From the NCBI GenBank assembly GCA_965226795.1, contig CBDDDZ010000002.1, forward strand, positions 192,001 through 256,000: a stretch of 64,000 nucleotides of DNA, given 5' to 3'. The notes beneath the pieces are model-generated. The model ran no database searches. It was given only the letters and a program-made list of their open reading frames with translations, and was not told the DNA's origin. Position 1 is the first letter of the stretch. Each line of letters opens with the position of its first letter. The translations under genes were made by a program, and so were the position numbers. The stretch comes from Candidatus Latescibacterota bacterium. GTDB taxonomy: Bacteria > Latescibacterota > UBA2968 > GCA-2709665. This document shows, piece by piece, positions 57,293 through 64,000 of this stretch.

Positions 57293-57440
57293 ATGGTGCT
57301 TTCTTTCCCCTTTATTTCCCCGCAATTAGGTTCGTTTTGAGCCCCGTTTCGTCCTGATCCCACGTCAGGTCCGTCTGTCTCCCCGCCTGTACTGTCGCCG
57401 CGCCGGGTGGCGCGTTCTAGCGACCCCGAAAAGGTGTACT

Positions 57441-59342
57441 ATGCCCGAAACCAAACCGACAATCAGGAAATCGAGTCAGCTCTCGCTATCCATTAACGGG
57501 AAACCCGCGCCCACCCCGAGGTCGTCCGGCAAGCGCAACAATGGCGCATCGCCAGAACACGGGTACGATGAGTCCAAAGTCAAGACGCTGAGTTCACTGG
57601 AACACATTCGCCTCCGAACCGGCATGTACATCGGCCGTCTGGGCGATGGATCCAATCCGGATGATGGCATCTACGTCCTGCTCAAGGAAGTCATCGACAA
57701 TGCTGTAGATGAATTTATTATGGGTTACGGAAAAAAGATTGACGTCAGCATCGAAAACAACCGGGTCCGGGTTCGAGACTACGGCCGCGGCATTCCCCTC
57801 GGCAAAGTCATCGACTGCGTTTCCACCATCAATACCGGCGCTAAATACAACGACGATGTCTTCCAGTTCAGCGTGGGCCTCAACGGCGTGGGAACGAAGG
57901 CCGTCAACGCCCTCTCTTCAGATTTCAGGGCGGTTGCCTTTCGTGACGGAAATTACTTCGCAGCGCATTTTGAACGAGGGCGTCTCAAAGGGAAAAAGGA
58001 GGGTCGGAAGCCCGGCGAACCCGACGGATCCTATTTCGAGTTTCTGCCGGATGTAAAGATTTTCGGAGAAGACTTCGCGTTCAATTTCGACTATGTCAAA
58101 CAGCGGATGTGGAACTACGCCTGCCTGAACAGCGGGCTTTCGCTGGTTTTCAACAAGGAGCGCTTTGTATCCAGAAACGGACTGCTGGACTTCCTCACCC
58201 GCGAAGTCGGCGAGTCGGCTCTGTATGAACCGCTTTATTACAAATCTCAATACCTCGAGTTTGCCTTTACCCACACGGTCAGCTATGGCGAAACGCACTT
58301 CTCGTTCGTCAACGGCCAATACACCAGCGACGGCGGGGCCCACCAGAGCGCCTTCCGCGAGGGCATCCTCAAGGGCGTGAATGAGTTCTACAAGAAGAAC
58401 TTCAACGGTATCGACGTGCGGGAGAGCATCTCGGGCGCCGTGGCCGTCAAACTCAAGGCCCCTGTCTTCGAGTCCCAGACCAAGAACAAACTGGGGAATA
58501 CGGATATCCGGGGGTGGATTGTCACGGACGTCAAGAGCGCCGTGGTCGACCTCCTCCACAAGAACCAGACCGCGGCCCGGCGCCTGTCCGAGAAAATCGC
58601 CCAAAACGAACGGTTGCGAAAGGAACTCAACGCCGTCAAGAAAGAGGCCAAGGAGGCCGCACGGAAAATCGCAATCAAGATTCCGCATTTCAAAGACTGC
58701 AAATACCACCTGGACCACAAGAAACACGGCGAAGACTCAACCATCTTCATCACCGAAGGCCCATCCGCGGCTGGCTCCATGGTCGCCTCGCGCGACGTCT
58801 ACACCCAGGCGATCTTCGGCCTCAAGGGCGTTCCTCTGAACGTATTCGGCAAGAACAAGGCAGCGGTGTACAAGAACGAGGAACTGTTTAACCTCATGAT
58901 GGCGCTCGGCATCGAAGACGGCATCGAAAATCTGCGTTTCAACAAAATCGTTATCGCCACCGATGCGGACCATGACGGCTACCATATCCGGTACCTGCTC
59001 CTCACGTATTTCCTGAACTACTTCGAGGAACTGGTGCTGGCCGGCCATCTTTATATTCTTGAAACCCCGCTTTTCCGCGTGCGAAACAGCAAGGTCACCC
59101 GCTACTGCTACAACAATCGGGAGCGCGACAGTGCCCTGGAGGATATCAAAAATCCCGAAATCACCCGCTTCAAAGGCCTCGGGGAGATCTCGCCCAAAGA
59201 ATTCGGGCAGTTCATCGGCGACGATATTCGACTGGTCAAAGTCAATATCAGGTCCATCTCCGAAATCGCCGATATGCTCAGTTTTTACATGGGCAAGAAC
59301 ACCCCGGAACGCAGGGACTACATTATCGAAAATCTGATCTGA
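57441..59342 (+). CDS. parE: DNA topoisomerase IV subunit B (short type IIA B subunit)
   Basis: HIRLRTGMYIG, EVIDNAVDE, DYGRGIP, GLNGVG.KAVNALS, FESQTK, TOPRIM EG.SA and DADHDG, RFKGLGE. Confidence 0.9.
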   Translation: MPETKPTIRKSSQLSLSINGKPAPTPRSSGKRNNGASPEHGYDESKVKTLSSLEHIRLRTGMYIGRLGDGSNPDDGIYVLLKEVIDNAVDEFIMGYGKKIDVSIENNRVRVRDYGRGIPLGKVIDCVSTINTGAKYNDDVFQFSVGLNGVGTKAVNALSSDFRAVAFRDGNYFAAHFERGRLKGKKEGRKPGEPDGSYFEFLPDVKIFGEDFAFNFDYVKQRMWNYACLNSGLSLVFNKERFVSRNGLLDFLTREVGESALYEPLYYKSQYLEFAFTHTVSYGETHFSFVNGQYTSDGGAHQSAFREGILKGVNEFYKKNFNGIDVRESISGAVAVKLKAPVFESQTKNKLGNTDIRGWIVTDVKSAVVDLLHKNQTAARRLSEKIAQNERLRKELNAVKKEAKEAARKIAIKIPHFKDCKYHLDHKKHGEDSTIFITEGPSAAGSMVASRDVYTQAIFGLKGVPLNVFGKNKAAVYKNEELFNLMMALGIEDGIENLRFNKIVIATDADHDGYHIRYLLLTYFLNYFEELVLAGHLYILETPLFRVRNSKVTRYCYNNRERDSALEDIKNPEITRFKGLGEISPKEFGQFIGDDIRLVKVNIRSISEIADMLSFYMGKNTPERRDYIIENLI

Positions 59343-59451
59343 ACACCCCGTCGATCTCCTTCGCAAGGAATACAGTGGCCAGGAGAAAACCGCGGTCCCG
59401 TCTTTCCTTGGCCCCTGATCCCTTGATGTTGAACGGTGAAGAGGAGAAACC

Positions 59452-61341
59452 GTGGCATACGTCGACACCTTGTACGAAAAATATTATCTCGAGTTTGCGT
59501 CCTATTCCATCAAGAACCGGGCGATCCCCAACATCGACGACGGCTTCAAGCCGGTTCAGCGGCGCATTCTGCACGCCCTGTACGAGATGCACGACGGCAA
59601 GTACCACAAGGTCGCCAACGTCGTGGGCCAGACCATGCGGTACCATCCCCACGGCGACCTCTCAATCTTCGGCGCCCTCGTGAACCTGGCCAACAAGGAA
59701 TTGTTCATCGACAGGCAGGGCAATTTCGGCAACATCTTCACCGGCGACGAAGCCTCTGCCGCACGCTATATCGAATGCCGCCTCACGCCACTTGCAAGAG
59801 AGGTTGTCTTCAACCCCGAGATAACCGAATACGAAGACTCCTACGATGGTCGCAACCGTGAACCGATCGCATTTCCCGCCAAAATCCCGGTCCTGCTCGC
59901 CATTGGCTCAGAGGGCATTGCCGTCGGTATGACCACCCGCATTCTCCCGCACAACCTCATCGAACTGCTCGAAGCGCAGATTGCCTGCCTGCAGGGCAAA
60001 CCCTTCGGGGTCCAACCCGACTTTCCCACAGGGGGCCTGGTCGATGTTTCCGAATATAATGACGGCAACGGGAAGGTTCTCGCCCGCGCCAGACTGGACA
60101 CCAGAGATCCGAAACGCATCGTCGTGCGCGAACTACCCTACGGCACGACAACCGAAACCCTCATTGCCTCCATCGAAGACGCCACCAAAAAAGGCAAACT
60201 CAAAATCACGGGTATCAGCGATTATACGACCGATCAGGTGGAAATAGAAATCCAGCTCGCCCGCGGCGTGCATACCAAGGACACCGTTCACGCGCTGTAC
60301 GCATTTACGGACTGCGAAACGTCGATATCGACGAATCTGCTGGTCATACAGGACAACCGGCCGGAAATTACGTCCGTGACCGAAGTGATCGAATACAACA
60401 CCGGCCGCCTCGTGGAGATTCTCAGGACCGAACTCAAACTCGAGGAACGTCAGCTGACCGCGCGGCATCACGCTAAAACCCTTGAACAGGTCTTTATTGA
60501 AAATCGCGTTTACAAAAGCATCGAAGAGGAGACCACCTCCGAGCGTGTCTACCGTGCGGTGTTCGACGGGTTGAAACCCTACCAGGAGAGCATCAGGGGG
60601 GAAGTTTCACGGGAGGACGTGGAAAACCTGCTCAGAATCCCGATCAGGCGCATCTCGCTCTACGATATCAACAAAGCCGAGGCGGAAATGCAGGATATTC
60701 GCACGCGCCTCAGGGAGGTCCGTGCCGACCTGCGCGGCATGCAGGCGTTCGCCGTTGCGTTTCTCGAGGGCCTCATTGAGAAATATCGCAACGACCACCC
60801 CCGTAAAACCGAGATCACAAGCATCCAGAGAGTCGACGCTCGGGAGGCCGCCCAGCGCAATCTCAAGCTGCGATACGACAAGAATACAGGTTATCTGGGC
60901 CACCAGGTCAACGGCGGCGCCCTTTTCGACGTGTCGCCGTACGACCGCGTTCTGGTGATCCGAAAAACCGGCATGTACTCCGTTGTGGACGCCCCCGAAA
61001 AGCTCTTCGTGGATAGGGGCATGCTTTTCTGCGGTTTCGTGGACGAAGACCGCGTCTACAATCTTCTCTACAAGGAGAACGAAACCGGATATCTCTACAT
61101 AAAACGTTGCAAAATCGACAGATTCATCCTGAACCGGGGGTACGAATTGGCGCCCGAAGGCTGCCGAATCCTGAAACTCACCACCGACTCCGACCGTGCA
61201 ATCCGGGCCCACTTCAAACCCAAACCCCGGGTGAGAATCACAGAAGAGGAATTCGTCATCGCAGAATATCCCGTTCGCGGCAACAGGGCCAGGGGCATTC
61301 GTCTCGCCAACCGCGAAGTCCAGACCGTCAAGTTCATCTGA
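59452..61341 (+). CDS. parC: DNA topoisomerase IV subunit A (short C-terminal domain, no GyrA box)
   Basis: RAIP...DGFKPVQRRIL, YHPHGD, catalytic AARY, GIAVG..T.I.PHN and PDFPTGG. 629 aa, GTG start after GAGGAG. Confidence 0.9.
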   Translation: MAYVDTLYEKYYLEFASYSIKNRAIPNIDDGFKPVQRRILHALYEMHDGKYHKVANVVGQTMRYHPHGDLSIFGALVNLANKELFIDRQGNFGNIFTGDEASAARYIECRLTPLAREVVFNPEITEYEDSYDGRNREPIAFPAKIPVLLAIGSEGIAVGMTTRILPHNLIELLEAQIACLQGKPFGVQPDFPTGGLVDVSEYNDGNGKVLARARLDTRDPKRIVVRELPYGTTTETLIASIEDATKKGKLKITGISDYTTDQVEIEIQLARGVHTKDTVHALYAFTDCETSISTNLLVIQDNRPEITSVTEVIEYNTGRLVEILRTELKLEERQLTARHHAKTLEQVFIENRVYKSIEEETTSERVYRAVFDGLKPYQESIRGEVSREDVENLLRIPIRRISLYDINKAEAEMQDIRTRLREVRADLRGMQAFAVAFLEGLIEKYRNDHPRKTEITSIQRVDAREAAQRNLKLRYDKNTGYLGHQVNGGALFDVSPYDRVLVIRKTGMYSVVDAPEKLFVDRGMLFCGFVDEDRVYNLLYKENETGYLYIKRCKIDRFILNRGYELAPEGCRILKLTTDSDRAIRAHFKPKPRVRITEEEFVIAEYPVRGNRARGIRLANREVQTVKFI

Positions 61342-61423
61342 ACCCGATACCGGTGTCAAGACAGAAGCAGGATCGGACGCGCCTCCGTTTTTGTCTCCCG
61401 GCGTCACGGAAAAAGAGACCCAT

Positions 61424-62188
61424 ATGCCAACGAAACCCATTGCCGACCTCCTCGACCTTTCCGGACAGGTCGCCATCGTCACCGGCGCCAGCCGGGGCAT
61501 CGGCAAAAGCATCGCCGAGGTCTTCCACCAGGCGGGGGCCAGCCTCACCCTGGTCGCGCGCAATGCCGGTCCATTGGAGGCGGTCGCCGAGACGCTTTCG
61601 GCCAGCGGGGACGTGCTTGCGGTTCCCGCCGACGTCGCGGACGAGACACAGATCAACGCCTTCGTCCAAAAAACCGTAAAGACGTTCGGCCGCGTCGACA
61701 TTCTGGTGAACAACGCGGGCCTGGCCAGCCCGGGTCGCTATACCGGCGTCGACCTGGGCGAGTGGCAGCGGGTGATCGGCGCCAACCTCACCGGCGCATA
61801 TCTCTGCTGCCTCGCCGCGGCCCCCCACATGGAAAAACAGAAAAGCGGCCGAATAATCAACATCTCCTCCATCAGCGGCCAGACCGGCGGCGTCTCCGGC
61901 GGGGTCCACTATGCCAGTTCCAAGGCAGGTATGCTGGGCATGACCAAAACCCTCTCCCGGGACCTGGCCACGAGCAATATCACGGTCAACGCCATCACCC
62001 CGGGCGTGATCGAAACCAGCTTTCAAATTTCTCCCGAAAGCCGCAGCAGAATCAACGAACTTATTCCAATGGGCTATATCGGGCAGCCCGAGGAGATCGC
62101 CTACGCCGCCCTTTTCCTGGCCTCCCGGATGGGCGCGTATATCACCGGCGCCACGATCGACGTGAACGGCGGCCTCCTGAAGCGATAG
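61424..62188 (+). CDS. Short-chain dehydrogenase/reductase (FabG-like SDR)
   Basis: TGASRGIG, DILVNNAG, catalytic YASSK, VNAITPG and ITG..I.VNGG. Confidence 0.93.
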   Translation: MPTKPIADLLDLSGQVAIVTGASRGIGKSIAEVFHQAGASLTLVARNAGPLEAVAETLSASGDVLAVPADVADETQINAFVQKTVKTFGRVDILVNNAGLASPGRYTGVDLGEWQRVIGANLTGAYLCCLAAAPHMEKQKSGRIINISSISGQTGGVSGGVHYASSKAGMLGMTKTLSRDLATSNITVNAITPGVIETSFQISPESRSRINELIPMGYIGQPEEIAYAALFLASRMGAYITGATIDVNGGLLKR

Positions 62189-62220
62189 TGGAGTACGCCG
62201 CATCGTATTTCAATTCTCCG

Positions 62221-62416
62221 ATCGTACTGCCGGTGGTGTGGGGGCTTTTCCGCGCTAATCCGTTCAGCAACAGGTTAATGGAACACCAGAGAACTACGAA
62301 GGCCACTAAACCAGGTATACGCCCCTTGGGGTGATTCGCGGAAAAGCAGCCCCGCGGCGTTTGAGCGGCGCCCTTCTTTTTCGCCCTTTTTCTTGGGCGA
62401 TGCAAGAAAAAGGGCA
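62221..62416 (+). repeat. Structured ~200-nt non-coding element, copy B
   Basis: Stem GCTTTTCCGCG (62244-62254) / CGCGGAAAAGC (62337-62347) and 3' hairpin GCCCTTTTTCTTG/CAAGAAAAAGGGC. Homologous to 53598..53830. Confidence 0.65.
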
Positions 62417-62537
62417 AGGGAATAGGGGACGTTTGGGGGTGGTGAAGACTCTAACTCACGGGCGCTGCGAGGCGGGATGAATCGGCGGAAGAATCATGGC
62501 AGGTTTCAGGGAGTTGGACACTGAAAAGGAGATGGAC

Positions 62538-63728
62538 ATGACAGCTCAAGAAGCGAAATGGACGCCTGGTCCCGGAACGATTGAATCTCTACTCTCGCGG
62601 ATCAAGTCAAAACCCGAGGAAGTTCGGTGGACAGACATCGCCTGGGAAACCGACCTCTGGAAAGCCCGACGGCGCGCGGCTGCCGTGCGCAGACCGCTGT
62701 TTATCTGGGCGATGAACGGCAACCCGCTCGGTTGCGTCTGAAACAACGGTATAGCGGGCCGTGAGTCCGTTTTCTCCCATCCCGATGTAATCCGCACCCT
62801 CAACGAATCTTTCATATCCGTTGCGGATAACTGCAGTTATACCCAGACACAGAAAGACGCCAAGGGCGAATTCTTCCGCCTCGTGGCCGAACAGGGCCAT
62901 TACGGAGGCCGCACCCAACCCACGGCAACCCGGCAGGGCCTGTACGCCTGCACGGCGGACGGCGAGTTGCTGGGGTCCATCAACACGAGGGATGCGGGCC
63001 CGTTTCTGGATCTGCTCGAGCGGAGCCTGGCAAAGTGGCGAGAACGCCCGGACAACGGCGCAGCGGGTGAAATCCCTGAAACCTATCCCATCGATCCCAG
63101 ACTCGGATGGTCCTATCCGGAAGACGGCCTGGCGCTCAAGGTCACGGTTCGCGACCTTCCGAGGAATTCCGAAGACGTCGACACACGGCACAACATCGAC
63201 TTCGCGTGGTTTACCGAAGAGGAGGCCGGGTCTCTGGTGCCCGGCAATGCCCGGCCCGGCCAGACGTATCTCGCGCCCGGCTATTTTACCAGGCGTCTCG
63301 CCCTGCGTCACTTCATCGACACGGTTCGCGGGCAATCGCCCGGATGGCGGGAAGAAAACCTGAAAGACGGGGAGATCCGCATGACCGTGGAATCCTCCGA
63401 AACAGACTGCATCCGGCTCCACCTGGAGGGACGCATCCACCTCGAGGCGGAACCCACGCTCGAGACCAATCCCTTCAGCGGCCTTGCCGTGGACAAGCCC
63501 CGGGGCCTGAACCTGAGCCTGTACGGCCGCCTGGCGTTCGATCCGCGCCAGCGGCGCGTCGAAGCCTTCGATGCCGTGGCGACTGGCTCCCGCTGGGGCT
63601 GCACGACCTACAATGTGCGCTTCGACGACCCGGGCCCCGCGCCCATCGGCTTCGCCTTCGAACGCGGGTCGGGCGATCCCATCGAACGCACCCCTCCCGC
63701 GGCCCTGGGGCCGAGGTACTTTGCTTAG
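62538..63728 (+). CDS. Probable selenoprotein (CxU, thioredoxin-like, selenoprotein-N-like), 396 aa with UGA=Sec at codon 68
   Basis: RBS AAGGAG then ATG 62538. TGA 62739-62741 follows GNPLGCV, and the frame stays open through NNGIAGRESVFSHPDVIRTLNESFISVADN into ORF 62883..63728. A hairpin lies just downstream of the TGA. Confidence 0.8.
62753..62771 (+). promoter_or_regulatory. Candidate bacterial SECIS hairpin
   Basis: AGCGGGC-CGTGA-GTCCGTT, a 7-bp stem with two G-U pairs. It begins at the 12th nt after the UGA, with a loop G about 20 nt downstream. Confidence 0.6.
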
Positions 63729-63795
63729 CGACGCTTTTTGAGATGTAGTACAAAAATCGGATTGTTGCTGCAACCAGTAGTTGCAGGTAAACGCC

Positions 63796-63828
63796 AAAAG
63801 TGCCTCGGCTTTTCACCGAGGCGCTTTT
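63796..63828. terminator. Intrinsic terminator after the selenoprotein gene
   Basis: AAAAGTGCCTCGG-CTTTTCA-CCGAGGCGCTTTT. Confidence 0.65.
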
Positions 63829-63917
63829 CGTGGCAAAACTATACTGCTTTATTCACGAATCATTCATCTCAGCCCCCACAATGACTTGTCGAGGCGTTGA
63901 GGAAGCGGGTTTGAAGA

Positions 63918-64000
63918 TGGGGCAGACATTCCTGTCTGCCCTTCTAACGGTCCTTCCGAATCCGCGGCCAAGGGGGAGTAGGGGCAGGTTTGAAACCTGC
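63918..64000 (+). repeat. REP-like palindromes
   Basis: TGGGGCAGACATTCCTGTCTGCCC (63918-63941, same as the 44275 unit) and GTAGGGGCAGGTTTGAAACCTGC (63978 to window end). Confidence 0.7.

Overview
A GC-rich, gene-dense bacterial chromosome segment with no rRNA, tRNA, CRISPR array, transposase or integrase. The gene content (GWxTD proteins, DUF6785-type membrane proteins, PhyH dioxygenases, short ParE/ParC) suggests a Latescibacterota/Poribacteria-like diderm; this is inference only. (1) 1-34.6 kb is a large, mostly + strand catabolic locus. It holds five paralogous heparinase II/III-like proteins with C-terminal beta-propellers (four complete at 1100-1220 aa; the first is cut by the window edge and frameshifted), a sixth heparinase-like protein, a beta-helix/PKD enzyme, an HxG-type PhyH oxygenase, three DUF6785-like permeases, a sugar ABC transporter, uxuA and a nitrilase-family hydrolase. 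(2) 35-51.9 kb is a minus-strand block with an ECF sigma factor, a zinc anti-sigma and four TPR/GWxTD envelope proteins; two matching GAACC-N17-GTCT promoters lie in it. It is interrupted by an enolase-superfamily gene and a decayed 40.6-44.8 kb region with deletion scars and a REP cluster. (3) 52-64 kb has a PhyH-HEAT fusion, duplicated beta-helix lipoproteins, ytoQ, parE-parC and an SDR. It also has a probable selenoprotein that the ORF track splits in two (62538-63728, C-V-U motif, SECIS-like hairpin, similar to eukaryotic selenoprotein N). Non-coding highlights are a MITE that supplies the stop codon of two genes, a triply nested REP, and a two-copy ~200-nt structured element with compensatory base changes.
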